Shown here in pieces: positions 22,351 to 36,200 of a stretch of 64,000 nucleotides of DNA. The DNA comes from Balanoglossus misakiensis (taxonomy: Eukaryota > Animalia > Hemichordata), in contig CM082588.2 of the NCBI GenBank assembly GCA_040954595.2, positions 2,392,144-2,456,143 on the forward strand. The letters are read 5' to 3'. Within the stretch, counting starts at the first letter, position 1. The number at the start of each line of letters is the position of its first letter. The position numbers were made by a program, and so were the translations under genes. A model generated the notes under the pieces. The model saw only the letters and a list, made by a program, of their open reading frames with translations. It was not told where the DNA came from and did no database searches.

Positions 22351-25300
22351 TCGAAAACAATCACGGATTTAAGGGGTCGACATAACAGCTGCGTTTGTGG
22401 GGGCAGGATGTTACCCTAAGCCGATTTCTGTTTTCTTGTAATTTGCACAATGTTTGCATTTTGCCATAAAAGAGTAAAAATTAAGGCGTACTCAACGAGT
22501 TTTATTTTGGCCTCGCATTTTCCGTCGCGACGTGTTTATTATGCACAATACATCATGACCTAATGTTTGCATGGTACATATACTATGACATTAGTACGGT
22601 CAAGGGCTGATTCATACACATTTGAACGCAATAATATTAATCGTAGAACACCCATTTAAAGCGGGAAATTTATCAATCGTTTCTGCAATTGCAGGTAAAG
22701 ATGTCCCGTGCTACTTAACGTATATACGCGTGGAGTAAAAACAATAATGGCAATTGTAAAAACCAAATGGTCCTAACCACTACCACCATTCGTTCATCCC
22801 GAACATCATCCGACCATCAGAATTTTAGTAACAAGGTGGAAGTGCAGAGGTATTATCGCTGATCCTGCGAGTCTCTAAACATTTGCAAACTATACATTAA
22901 CAATTAACACCTTCAATTAGGTATCATTTACAATTAATTGACGTAAATGATCATCAATTCATTAAAATCATCCTTTTCACTCAGTTTTCAAGTTAATGGT
23001 TAAGTTTCCATTGATGATTGTATACTTAAAAGCTTTAGCGAGTATATCAAGAATGATTGGTCGTTGCATATAAGAATAAAATTCTGGACATTTCAAAGGT
23101 CACAGTTACTGCCCCTTAACATTGTAAACGCATCGTAATCGCCATTTTTACAATGAATTTTTGACTGGCATTACAGTCCGAGAATGACATGCTTTTATGA
23201 ACTTTTCACCTTTAATTAAGTCGACGCGGCACATATGATGGCACACATACCGTACGTGCCCGTCCCATTTACATATAGTGTACATCTGTACTTTTGAACT
23301 GGGCATGACTGGTTGTGAAGATGACGTGTTTCACCCACATATTTCTGTATAATCTCTGGCGTTTTCCAGGTAAAACAACTTTTAATACAAACATGGCGAT
23401 GTGAAGCTATGCGTTGTTTACAGAAAGAGATTCTCACCACGTGGTATCTAGAAACTCAATAAAGCTATGCAAATTATTTGACAGTCATCACGAAAAGACG
23501 ACATCTAGCAAAATGACAAAATTTGCACCTGGGTGGCCACGCGGAAATCTGTGCCATTTTCATTCGAAGGCTTGGACAATCTATTTACCATATATGGACA
23601 TGTGTAAACTAGATGCTTTTGTATTATTTTAATCCATCCCGGTCGTAAACAAACAGCGAGATCCAAAACCATCTTCACTGTAGTGATTTTATGTAACTTT
23701 TCTACATGATGTTTTTTTCTGAAGCCGTCAGGTGGAAAATCGGATATGCATACATACATGTTTAACCCCCTTTTACAATCGTGGCCCGTCTTTCCATCAA
23801 GCTGTCATGTCAGAGTACGCCGTACCGTCGATATTGAGAAAATTATATATTTTATGATTGTGACTGAATGACGCATTACGCAGCTTAAAATAAAGTAAAT
23901 TTGTATACAGAAAGTATGAAAATTGTTCACTGAGTGAGCTACAATAAATGATGTATTAATTCATCTATATCATACAACACGATAAAAAGTCATTTCCTGT
24001 GCTTGAAACGTTTAGAATTGGAATATTTTTGTATGGGTTAGGTGTAGTTTTTAATTCATACTTCATATCCTACTTTGTATAAAATTTTCAGCACATTTAG
24101 CCCTATCTTGGTTACATAACATTTATCTTACCGGTATAGCCCAACCCCAAAACGCCGGTCATACAACTGTGGTATTACTATGACCTACTGCTATGATCTC
24201 TTATGTAAGGGCTATTTCCCCGTCCTGACAAACCAAACAATGAAGAAATTATCACTGACTCTGAACACCACATTTTCTGACACTGTACGCAATATGGCTA
24301 AATCTGTCCTTACCCGGGGCAAACCATAGACACAAACTCCCACACACGGCCATATGGGCAACGTGCGGGCAGCGTCAATGTATTACTGCACGCTATGTGG
24401 TGACTGTATATGTAACCTTTATCTGTTGTAGTTATATTGTGTTGCATCATAGACAGTCTACTGTCTATGGTTGCATGATGAAACACAGTTGTTTTATGAT
24501 GTTACATGTGTTTCCGGATTATCAGTGTTAGGGCAAGCATTGATATCAGGGCATTTACGCATTACATATCAGTTTAGATGGTGCAGCGGTGTACATGGCC
24601 AAATGTCGCGTGGAGGCAAGCTTTGATATCAAGCTTTCTGAGCAACATATGTCAGTTTAGATGGCATTTTTGACTGCATGATGATGATGCTGACGATCAG
24701 GACGACGATTACGAGGGGGGGACGATAGTGGCGGTGGTGGTAATAATAATGGCATGGATTCCCTCTGATAAGACAACAGTAAAATACTTCTCTAAGAGCT
24801 AACTATAATAATTCGCGCGATGACAGGTTATACACCAAAAATAAACAAAACTTACCTCAGTCAAACTGTCCAAAGTCTCCGGCAGAATGGCGGCGAAGCA
24901 AGTGCTGTAAGTCTGTGAACGGCGAGTACCTGATGGCCGGCATGGCGGACACTGGCTCCGTGTATGACGTTGGACACGTTGAAACAAAGACTTGCTTGGT
25001 GTGACACAAGAGTTCTTGAAATGGCTGTTTCGACTGAAGGTTCATTGAGGCAACATATCCAACAACTGCCAACTTGCAGTAGATAAAACTTGAGGAGATG
25101 GTGACTTGGCGTACAAGTAAAACGCGACCTGCATACGATTAGAAATGCCGGGAGTGGCTTTGAACACTGGCAGTAATGGCGACCATGATGTCCGTTTTGT
25201 TTCGGTTAACCCGTTCATCATCCAGGACATCCGCGACGCTCATTGGTGCAATCGTCGACAAACAACAGATGCAGCTTTTGTAATATGCAAATTCATATGA

Positions 25301-26127
25301 CCTGTCAAACCACCTAAGTGGACCACCTAAGTTTGTGCTTACAGATTCGACTCATTCTGTGTCCAGCTCGCGCAAAATGAAAAGAGTAAGTATGAGTACG
25401 GACAATGACCTCCACTCCAAAGCAATGATGAACTCGCCGGACCATTCATGCGTTACGTTTAACGTGATTATTGACTTCGGAGTGTAATCTTTACGACAAA
25501 TATCCCCGCACTGGTGTCACCCTTTTATGATATATTTTTGACGTATAAGCGGATTTTTACGCCTACGGAATTTCTATTTTAGTGCAGACACATCCAGAAT
25601 CCAGAATCTCAACGTTAAGTCTATGGAGAAAAATTAAAGTTTTTTTGTGTGAAAACAACACGGTGAACACCTTGTTTTCTTCTTTGTGGCACACTTTCAT
25701 ATCTACTGTCATTTTTTTCTAATAATCTTTCCTCGAGGCGCGTTTCCGAACTACATTACACATGTATACATTCGGTGATAAGTCGCCCCGATCGAGACAT
25801 CCATGAACAGTAACCCTTCTCATATACCATGTAGAGAATAAGGACTACTTTCTCTTGTACATGTACGAATACACATATGGTATTCTGACGATAGTTAAAA
25901 CCCACCGATTGCTGGCATATACTCATGAGTGTACAATGTTTGTTTTGTAACATATTGTCAGCGAACAGCCGATGTTCCGTCGGACGTAGGCGGTATGAAT
26001 AAAGTATGGATGATGGGGTTTCATTTGTTTAATATGTTAGACACGGGCCGATTGTTTCAATAAGTGTAAACTAATGGACACTATTATCGGTATGTTCCAT
26101 TATGGGCTGTCAATGCCCAAAGCACTC

Positions 26128-26530
26128 TACTACCGTTGTCATTTTAGCGACCCGAAACACTGATAAGAACTCCAATATAATTAGCCAGAGTAAACTGAGA
26201 TTTTTATGCTGAAGTCGGCATCTGGTTACGTTCGTTTTGATCATTAGAACTGATTAGAGCAGTTCTGTATCAACACACTCTGGGGGGTGTCCTGCTTCGA
26301 ACATGTCTAAAACACATGTGTACACATTTGTAAAGAGATTTTACACAGTGTCAGTTTTGAAGCAGGATGCCCCCTGTGGTACATGTTGATACAGAGCTAT
26401 GTAATCAGTTATAATGATCATTGCAAATGTAATCATATGCCGACTTCAGCATAAAAATCTCAGTTTACTCTGGCTAATTATATTGGAGTTCTTATCAGTG
26501 TTTCGGGTCGCTAAAATGACAACGGTAGTA
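26128..26530. mobile_element. About 400-bp foldback MITE with long TIRs, probable TA target duplication (Tc1/mariner-like)
   Basis: 26128-26221 is the exact reverse complement of 26437-26530 (94 bp including the terminal TA). Imperfect symmetry continues inward (tgatcatta.aactgatta / taatcagtt.taatgatca; tgtatcaaca / tgttgataca; tcctgcttc / gaagcagga). No coding capacity. Confidence 0.85.
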
Positions 26531-29182
26531 TATGAGTCTAATGTCTGTCTTAATGTCTGTAAATATTGTGACGCGCATAACAAGAGATCCACCAGAAAAA
26601 AATGCAGGGATTAACTGGAGGTTCTTCTACGTTATTTCTCATTGTCTTACCCCCCCCCCCCCCAACATGATCATAAAACATTTGGCAACATTTCCTGCAT
26701 AAATTCATAATAATCTCCCGCGTGACTCCAACATTTCCGAAGCATTGTCGCATTAAGTACTCTGAACAGTAAAAGGGGAAAAGATTACCGACCCCAGTCA
26801 TTAATTTTGATGTGACAGCTCGGAAGCAAATACAGCCCTACGGAAAGTGAAATGTGATTTCATTGATAATGTTTATACTTCACAAACATTGGGTTTGATG
26901 CAGGTGTGTCTGAACAATTATCTGAAGGGCTCTATATCTAATGCCCCCTATTGACCAGCTTATCCAAGGTCACCCAAGGTCATCTATAGGTTAGACTTGT
27001 GTCATCCGGAATCACGTCAGGAGTGTAGTTGTCATAGGGATACGACACGGCAACCTAGCTGGCCCTATTAGGTTCACGCCCTTTTGGTCTCATCCTCGCC
27101 CGGTCTCTTCCCTATACTTTCCCTGTTTCTGTGCTGTTTGAGCGACGAAGGTTAATACGTATGAGATGAAGTTTTTTGTTGTTGTATTGTCTCTTGTAAA
27201 AGACTGATGTAGAAATAACAACAAAACTCGAAAAACTTACTCGCGTGCATGAACGATTCAGTCATTAGTCAGTTCACCAACTGAAATATACAGAGAGGTG
27301 AACGAGCCCTAGTTATCCAGACCTATACTGCACTTGTTCGCTGCTTGAACCAATCGGTTTATTAGTCACATGATGTTCTGAAGTGTTAACACAAGTCCAC
27401 ATGACTGACAAGAGGTCAGTGATTATAGTACTCTCAATGCTCGCCATTCAGCCCATTTCAAAGTGATTTTTTATTCCACTCTATTTTTTTATAATCCAGT
27501 GACAGTACGTCGCGCAGAACTATTCTGCACCAACACCCAGTAATCCGGCCAATCATATCTTTGACTTAATACATGTCTTTGACTCTTTCATGTACATTTA
27601 CTATAACGCTCCAACAGCTGCAAGATTTACGTGACTGTTGTCAGCCATGCAGACCTTTATCAGAGTTTACGCTACTACTTGTTCAAGCCTTGCAACAGTC
27701 ATACATTGTATTTTCAATTAACGAAGTTATGTAATCTCCCAAGAAGATTAATAATACATGGTGTATAAATTACACAATATAATTTTTATTCAAATACAGT
27801 AATTTATAAGCTATTTGAATATTTCATGGGAATATTCAGCCAATCATTGTACAGTACTGATACGTATATGCGGACACCTGGCAAGCCACATGGTACATGT
27901 ATATCGTCTTAGAAATATATTTCCATAAAAATATAAATTTTTCATTTATATTAAAATATGACTGTCCAAAAACAACATAAAGAATGTATTTCAGATTTCA
28001 GCACTTTTTTTCAAAACGATATACAACACTGTTCCTTTGCCTGGAGTTTACTTGACTCTGAAAATTAGCCTGTTCATGTACAACCGAAAATATTTCAGAA
28101 GTGCAAATAAACTTAAATTTTATGAGGTAAAACATATAACTTTACTAGGCATCAGTGCAGCATTTGGTTACAATTTAGTTTAATAGGTTACATTTCAATG
28201 TAACACGACTACAACACCTTACAATCATAAAAAGTTTATCCCTGCATTCGGATCTTTTACACACACATATCACCACCAAAATCAAGATAAATTGTGTATT
28301 AAAAGCTATTCGTTTAACAACTTTACAATCTGGTTACATTTAGTAGGCACTGGTCGGAAATAATGTGTATAAAATCAATATTACTGATGCACATCACGGG
28401 AACTTTTATGAGAACATCGAACTTGTCTCGTCCCATAGATTTGATTACATTGAGAATTGTTAGAAGAACCACTACTATTAGTCAGACAAATTAAATTAAA
28501 TTGATAAAATCATATTGTCTTTCGATTTTGATATGTATTTTATCATAACTCATTGGTGAAAAAATGCTGAGTGCAGCATATTGACCCCGAGTTCTAAGTG
28601 TCAAGGGGGACCTTTATGCCCATACATAAAACTAATTAATTATTATCTTATCTTCACATTACCGAGTGATTCACGCTATGGCAGCGGACTTACGAACAGC
28701 AGGTAATGGAATTACATACATATGCACAAAATGCGACGGATATCTTCCGAAAGAAAGTTCCAAATATGCTATCAAGTACAACGCCAAATGCATAATACGG
28801 AAAGTAAATATTCCAGCGATCTAAATTTGCATTTGCGTAAGCAAGGGTCAGGTACAGCCAACTGTGGTTTAATCCATGGAATGCAATATTCCAGGTATTT
28901 ATAAGACTCAAGTGTTTGCATACATGTGTTACTAATACTTTTATCACGACCAGGATGAGTTGTAGTACACAGGTTGCACAAATGATTTCAAGTAGAACAT
29001 GATTTTTGATCATTTTGGTACACATACCGAAAATTAATGACGATAACATGGAAATTTTATGTCGAGTATCTCATCTCCAGGTGACCAATCGTAGTGCACA
29101 AAAAGGATGAGGCGTGTTACAATTGGAATGTATCCGAGTGTTTGAACTCATGCAGCAGTCGTTTGGATAATTGTCTTATCTT

Positions 29183-31298
29183 TTATTGTTTTTTCTCCTT
29201 CACAAGTCCGATGTCTTGAGGAAACGTGAGGAGCATCACGACTGCAGCAAGTACTGAGGTGCCAGCGATAAGACCAGGGCCTTGGTAACTAAACTCTTGA
29301 AGTACGCCCCCTATAGCCGGAGTGAGCATTCTGGCAACGGACATCACCGATTGGCCGAGACCAAGAGCAGCCCCCACTTCGGTTGGCCGACTTCGCTTGA
29401 CGCTCAAGTCAGTGCAGCAGACGCGAGTCAGAGAGTTAACGAGAGACAACGGCGCCTGTAGGAACATGATCACCCAAATGCTGGGTGCGAATGTCAGACT
29501 TAAAATTGTAACAAGCTGTATAAGACACGCATGCAGCAAAAGTCTGCTCTCGCTTTTGTAATATTTGACCACAGTTCCCACAAAGACACTACTGATAACC
29601 CCAGCTGTACTACCAAACGAAATTATATAACCGTTAATTTTAGGACTAGTACCATATTCATGCTCTAACATCAAAGTAAAATTACTTCTGTATATAAGAC
29701 TCGCAAAACCAACTAAAAATCGTATAGTAAAAAGATCTAACTGTCCCACTAAAATATGTTTGAAAGTCCGAAAAAATGTCAACGGGTTGAGGTTAAGATC
29801 TTCCAGAGCAAATCTTCCCTCGGATTCAGTTCTTTTTATGTCTTTTGAGGGCAATGGTTCTATCAAAAGCCACATTATCACTGGAAATAATAATAATAAA
29901 TAAATATTAATTGTCTTAGCTTAGCTTATGATGGTGGTGAAAAATTCCAAGTTATTGCAATTGGACAGAAACGCATTTTAGTGCATGCAACTTTTTTTCC
30001 TAGTATTTCTGTACCGAAATGGTGATGTTTCTTACCCCAACTGAGGAACAGCGCTGACGCTGTACACATGCACACCCTCATAAATCCATTGTCAGTTTCT
30101 GCAATGTGTCCACCTAGTGTTGGTCCAACTATGAAACCAACTCCTGAGATTGCATTGAGTCTGCCGTACACTGTTGCACGTTCGTCTTTCGGTGTAATGT
30201 CAGTGAGGTAGGCTTTGCACAGGGACATTGTGTGCTTGAATAAACCTGGCAAATGAAACGCATAGAAGGGTTGGTTTTGTTCATAATGCATTTTGCTGTG
30301 TATATCCGTTCACATACATTATATCTATTACGTAACTGAGACAATGTTCAGTTTGCCTGAAATGACATAACAATGTACGTTTCAAGCAATCAGAATTGCA
30401 GCACTTTTGTGACAACTTACCCGATATTATTCGTGATAAAATCAAAATAAACAAGGTTTCTGCAAATCCTAGTACGAGATAACCCACTGCAGACAGAAAG
30501 AAACACCAAAGGTTCGACCATCTCCTTCCAACTACATCACTCCATTTCCCCTGCAAAGAGACAAATACCTGTATAACTGCCTGGCAAAATGGGGAATGAC
30601 TGTGTACATAAATCATCTAAAGACTGATACACTTAACAATGGGACTTTATACTTACCACAACGGGACTTGAGAATAACTGAATACCACCATACAGAGAAC
30701 CTATTTTTAAGACACGAATTAAACGCATATATCAAATTCTGAACGTGAATACATAAAAGCAATGCAATATTTTAAACATTCTTTGAAACCTCAACAGAGG
30801 GGTGGGATCATTATCAACATCATCATACTCACCAACTAATCCTATAACAGTAGAAGAAGTACCAAACTGTTTGACGTGTCTCGGTATAAGAGGTATAATC
30901 ATAGCAACACCTAGAAGATCCTGTAAAGAATAATGAATGCTTGTCTCATGTTCTCACAAAACACTGTCGTAAAGTTCTTTCACCACCTGTTTATATACAT
31001 GTACATATTTAACACATACACACAAACACACACACTATCTCCGACATTTCATTTACAGGTAGACGTTGTTTACCACAGGTCACCCCTACTGCACAGTAGC
31101 ACTGCACATGGCTGTGTATATTTCAATGCAATAGATCACATATGGAGAAAGCTGACGTGAGCACCACTTGGGGGAGGACCATGCTGCTGGTAGGTAAGAA
31201 CAGCTGATGCACTGTATTATATTGTCACTCACCAGGAAACTAACAGCGTACAAAATGTACGTCAGCCTCACTCGATCTGTCGTCGTCGTGGCAGCCAT
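29183..31298 (-). CDS. MFSD9: Major facilitator superfamily domain-containing protein 9, about 6 exons
   Basis: Exons 31233-31298 (MAATTTTDRVRLTYILYAVSFL), ~30833-30920 (DLLGVAMIIPLIP), ~30657-30700, ~30421-30550 (GKWSDVVGRR, MFS motif A), ~30036-30245 (GLFKHT...GVGFIVGPTLGG) and 29183-~29881. Matches recalled human MFSD9 motifs (WSDVVGRR, GIFKHT). Confidence 0.9.
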
Positions 31299-31394
31299 AA
31301 TGTATGTGCTATCGATATTATGTATATATCTTCCGGGTTGATGCCATCTTCCGGATATCAACATTGACCGGTTGAGGGCGCGCACCACTTTACA

Positions 31395-31413
31395 CCCCCC
31401 CCCCCCCCCCCCC
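31395..31413. repeat. Poly-C tract (poly-G on the MFSD9 sense strand) about 100 bp upstream of the MFSD9 ATG
   Basis: Homopolymer run read directly. Confidence 0.7.
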
Positions 31414-32611
31414 GGATCCTTCCACGAAAGTCTTCATAAACCACTGCCCCTCGTTTTCTCGGTATTGAAATGAATAGTCCTTTGCACCGCTTGGCCGTCA
31501 TTAGCGACGCTATTGTCACCAAACATCCGCTATTAACACCTACACTTGTACCCAGGGCTTCATAAATTGGTACCAGGTGCGTCATTGACAGCCTCGTGAT
31601 CACATGGCCTTAGGAAACATCAATGATAGTTTCATTGTCGAGATTGTATCCGGTGGATAGAACATTCTATTTTTTCAAACACTGTGATGACGTGAGTGTG
31701 CAACGCAAAATAACATATTCGTTTGGTGTTTTTTTCATGTAAATTCTGGTTTCGAGTGTGATATTGTTAAAACGCGAATTGCACTCTCGACGCTAAATTA
31801 TTTTCAATGACACCAGACATTCTATAAAAGCAATAATTTTTGGCATAAAGGGTAACCTCATCGAAGTACAATTCAGATACTCGGCTTTATAGAAATATCA
31901 TAGTTTGTTGTTTTCATATAGAACTTGTTTCGGAGTGGGTGATACTGGCATCTGTTGGCCAAGAATTGTATAGGCTGATCTGTGGTTCAGGTCTGAAGTG
32001 TATTGTTGGCCAAAAGCACCCTAACTAAAAAAAGGGTGCCAACAGTGTTGGGCATATTACACAATAACACATAAAGAAGCGAAAGGTCGACAAAATTGAA
32101 CGTCATACAAAAATAACCTTTGCAATTTCCTCTCCATCGGATGTAATCGCGCTCACCCTTGAAATTTGCCTCGAGGAACGGGGAATATTCCATTGATGTT
32201 TACAGTATCTGCGGCGATCGCAACCATTCCCAACACTGACCATTCCGTCCCTTTCCCTTTTGGTGAGATGTAGAGAACCCTACCCGAATAGAAAGTGGTA
32301 CTGCCCGTTCAGCATATGAGAGGGGGTATTGGGAAGTCCGAGGCAAACCGAATAATTCGGATATACACCACACCGAAACCCAAGCGCTGAAGACAGACAG
32401 AGAAAAAATTATCCGCAAGGAGGGGTTCTTGGTCCATTGCTCCGAAATCGTTGAAGACATTCTCATCCACCTATAGAGGTAATTTACAATTATCTTTCTT
32501 GCCACAATGGTCCGTGGTTGCTAGAGATTCTTATGAAAGATATAAGAACACAGGCTGAATCACGAGTTTTTGTAAATTGATTTCGGTCCTACATCTTTTA
32601 CTTCACTACAG

Positions 32612-32875
32612 ATGGCGCGATTAATTCTACATCTCGCCTGCTTCATCCTCGCAAGTCTCGTCCTGAGTAGCTGTTTCGACGGATCGCCAGCCAGCGACGC
32701 CGGCTTGCCAGAACCTTCCTTGGCGACAAGGTCGGTGTACGACTCGACCACCAAGCGGGGGAGAAAACCCTGGCCATACGTGGGAGGCAGGTATAAATGT
32801 AAACGGTTAGTGAGAGGCTGTCCGTGTTGTTCCATTGCCTGTGTTCTCCAGCGGTGCATCCGGCCATCTCTGTAA
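32612..32875 (+). CDS. Secreted precursor of a cationic six-cysteine peptide (signal + propeptide + KR + 38-aa mature peptide), knottin/conotoxin VI/VII-like pattern
   Basis: Hydrophobic signal MARLILHLACFILASLVLSSC; Ser/Pro/acidic propeptide; K48-R49 dibasic site; mature GRKPWPYVGGRYKCKRLVRGCPCCSIACVLQRCIRPSL. A pyrimidine tract plus CAG acceptor abuts the ATG, a GAG|GTAATT donor sits at 32479, and AATAAA is at 32956-32961. Confidence 0.75.
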   Translation: MARLILHLACFILASLVLSSCFDGSPASDAGLPEPSLATRSVYDSTTKRGRKPWPYVGGRYKCKRLVRGCPCCSIACVLQRCIRPSL

Positions 32876-33270
32876 TCGTGGGAGTATTCAAGAACGCTAT
32901 CCAGTATGATGGACATTTCACAGAAAACAGAAAACCATGGATTTCATTGGAAAATAATAAACATGTAATTATTGAATACCAACAAGCATTAAATGAGGCT
33001 TCTGTCTTTTCTTAATATAGTATTCACAGAATTATTATCAGAAAATGATAGCGTGATATTAGTAACTCGCCATTAGCAGACAAACAATTATGGGTAACAT
33101 TGGGAAACACGTTTTATCGGAGACACGTTTCATTCATTTCAGCTTCAATTACGGACAATCGCGCGTATGTCTTAACGTTCAATATAAAGATTAGTTAGTT
33201 ATTTATCAAACCAACATTCTGATTACATAGCGGGTAACGCATCCACAGTTGCTAGAAGCACCGCAATCCC

Positions 33271-36200
33271 CTAGGTTAACAGGGAATAGTGAACTTGTGG
33301 TTTGGATTTCTTGAGGAATCCTTCAGCTGCATGTCCGATGCGAAGAACCACGTGGTCGTTCCACCATTTGCCTTGGATTTGCATACCGATGGGTAGACCC
33401 TTGCCATCGTAGCCCACTGGTACAGCAAGTGCAGGTATTCCTAACAAATTACCCAGGAACATAAACCTGTTGAAACAGAAGCAAAGGCATAATATTACGA
33501 CATTCTATTAAAATGGTGATGGTGGTGATAGTCATGATGTGGAATAAAACGAGAACAAAAATCCAACAGATAGAACCTTACTCTTTCAACACTCACCTGA
33601 CATAACTATTCAAGGTGTCCAGATCATTGACGCCGCACCGAAGATCTTCCGGGTCAATTTTAATGGCAGTTTTGGCACATCCTGTTGGAGTACATACACA
33701 GTCAACACCAATAATGTATTTTATCTAAAATGGACAATTCTATAAGCCCTTTCCAGACATTAGGAATAGATGATTTTCCATTCAATACAAATTACCTGAT
33801 CCAGAGGTACTCACCTGGCGTTATGATACAATCAACTTTCTCAAAAATGTCCTCCATGAATTTCATAGCCCGTGCTCTCTGCTGGTTAGCCAAGATGTAG
33901 TCTGCGCCGGTGAATTGTTGGCCGACACCTAAAAGACCTGCCACATCCTTTCCCTGAAGCGACAGCGACCACACTCGATCAGCTGGTGTAACATACTTTG
34001 AGCAAGGCGCGCACATCTTATTCGGTTAATTGTCAGAGACAGAACCCATTATCCTTGTTGGATGGACTTTAAAAAACTTACCAGTTCTTCAAAATGGTTG
34101 TTGTATCCATCCCCTTCACAAAAACTTAATTCCGGGATGACTACAGAAAGATGGGCTATCCTGGTCTCCTCCAACTCAGGGATCTGCACCTCGACTACAC
34201 GGGCACCAAGACTCTCCATGTGCACTAAAGCTGTAACGGAAAACAGTTGAAGGGCAGAGCAATAATTGTTGTGTGTTTATCCATAGACCCCACAGGAGAT
34301 AGAGGATTCTCCTGGGTCACACTCTTGCAACTAAGAGAGACATCCTCTCCACCTTGGCACATGCGCCTGCCAGGAACGGAGTCACCACTGATGTTTAATT
34401 TGTATACAATGACACAGACTCTTCGGGTCATTAGTTGTTGTGGATGAAAAATGTCTGCTTACCTTTCTCGCAAACTTCAATAATCTCAGGATCAGCGTCC
34501 TGTCAATCAAATCACAACAAAAACTGTTTGAAATTGTTGTGTGTAATTCCAGTGTGTTATTCTTGGGCAACTTTGCTGGCAAAATTCAGTCTAGACATGG
34601 AATTTAAAAAGCAAGACAGTACCCGGAAAAATTTCCAATCGATTCCAATTTTGACTCCCGTCAGGTCCTTCTTTTCAAACTCTGCGAGAGTAATGGAAGG
34701 CTGGTTGATGCCATACGGGTACTCTGGGTCAGGACCAGCTATGAAGGCTGCGAAGTCAAACAATGAATGTGGTAAATGTGACGTCATCTGATGTAATAAT
34801 GGTAGTTGAAATATCTTCAAATTTTATGATATGTAGGCCTAATGATAATTATTTGTATTCTTTATTTATTGGAAATGGAAGAAAACGAAAATGGGACTTC
34901 TGAACTGACCATACGCGAGGGCTGCATCCCGGACACAGCTTGCTAACGGTCCGTGGTGCAAGACGGACGGACAGGCGTCCGAACAACCACCAGCGCTGAC
35001 TCTGCCAAATGTGGGCTTGAATCCAACCACTCCGCACTGCGTGGCGGGTATCCGGATAGAGCCTCCAGCGTCACTTCCCAGTGAAATTGGACACAACCCT
35101 GTGGAGAGAAAGAAAGTTTCAATTCGCAGACGATTCTCAAAAAAAAAATCCACAACCAAGACATCATCTGCCAATTGTACCCAGTAAATATAACATTTGA
35201 CAATTGGAAAAAGACACGTGGATTGGCGGCGTCGTACCACCTGTACTTGAAGGGATCTGATTGGTTTAGAATACCTGCTGCTACAGCACTGGCTGACCCA
35301 GATGAGCTACCGCCGCAACAATATTCTGTGTTGTAGGGATTCCGAGCAGTTCCATGAATCCTGACAAAAATAATAATGGAAATATAAAAAAACCCGCGCA
35401 CGAGTTGCTTACCGTTAGTCACCTCCCTTCCCTTCACGGGGCATTCCCGTCCATTGGAAGGCCATACAGTCACATATGTGTCGCTGGTTTGGACGTTTTG
35501 TAGTTTGACCTGCCCAGAACACAGTACCAATTTCAGGGCGAGTGCCCCTTCCCTTACATTTAGCCTTTTGCCAGAATCAGTGGGACTGCCAATCTCGTCA
35601 GTTTTTCCAGCGTGTGGCAATCAAAATTGGCAGCCTAACTCAAAGACCCAAACGATTCTAAGTGTGCCGGCCTTCATTACTTACCTGCTACTGTTAATGC
35701 CAGTCACTCCCATGCCCAACTCGTGCATGTTGGTCACTCCCAAGATGATCGCACCTGCGTCTCGTAACTTCCTGACTATGGTGGCGTCCTCGCTGCTCGC
35801 TACTTTCCCGTGGTAGGTTGTTCCCTTTCTTTGGTGATACGGTGCCTGTGAAAAAAGTGTCAACTCTATCAGCCTCTATCACCCATTGACTTCGTATAGA
35901 CGTAACGCAATTTGAGAAAAACTAATTTGTAAACTTACCACTTGTAATTCCTCCTTAACTAGTACTGGAACTCCATCAAACACAGAGAGGGGATTGTTAC
36001 CCTGGAAACGCTCAGTGGATGCCTGCGCCATCTTGAATAATAGCATAACGTGTTAGTCACCAAAGATCCTGAACTAAACTTTGAATAGATCACGCTTGGG
36101 CCTAAAACTACCAAAAATAAAACATACATGTATGTTCATATGTTTCTTGCAGATAAATTATTCTGTTAGGTCTAAGTATTTAATTTTGGCAACATTCATT

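Noticed and set aside
24530-24760. Degenerate ~80-bp tandem duplication and an Asp/Gly-coding-looking tract
   Set aside because: Decayed local duplication and (GAT/GGT)n microsatellite with no independent evidence of function
27292-27348. Hairpin with a miR-92-like 3' arm (tactgcacttgttcgc)
   Set aside because: Seed mismatch to AUUGCAC and poor pairing across the seed region; not a credible pre-miRNA
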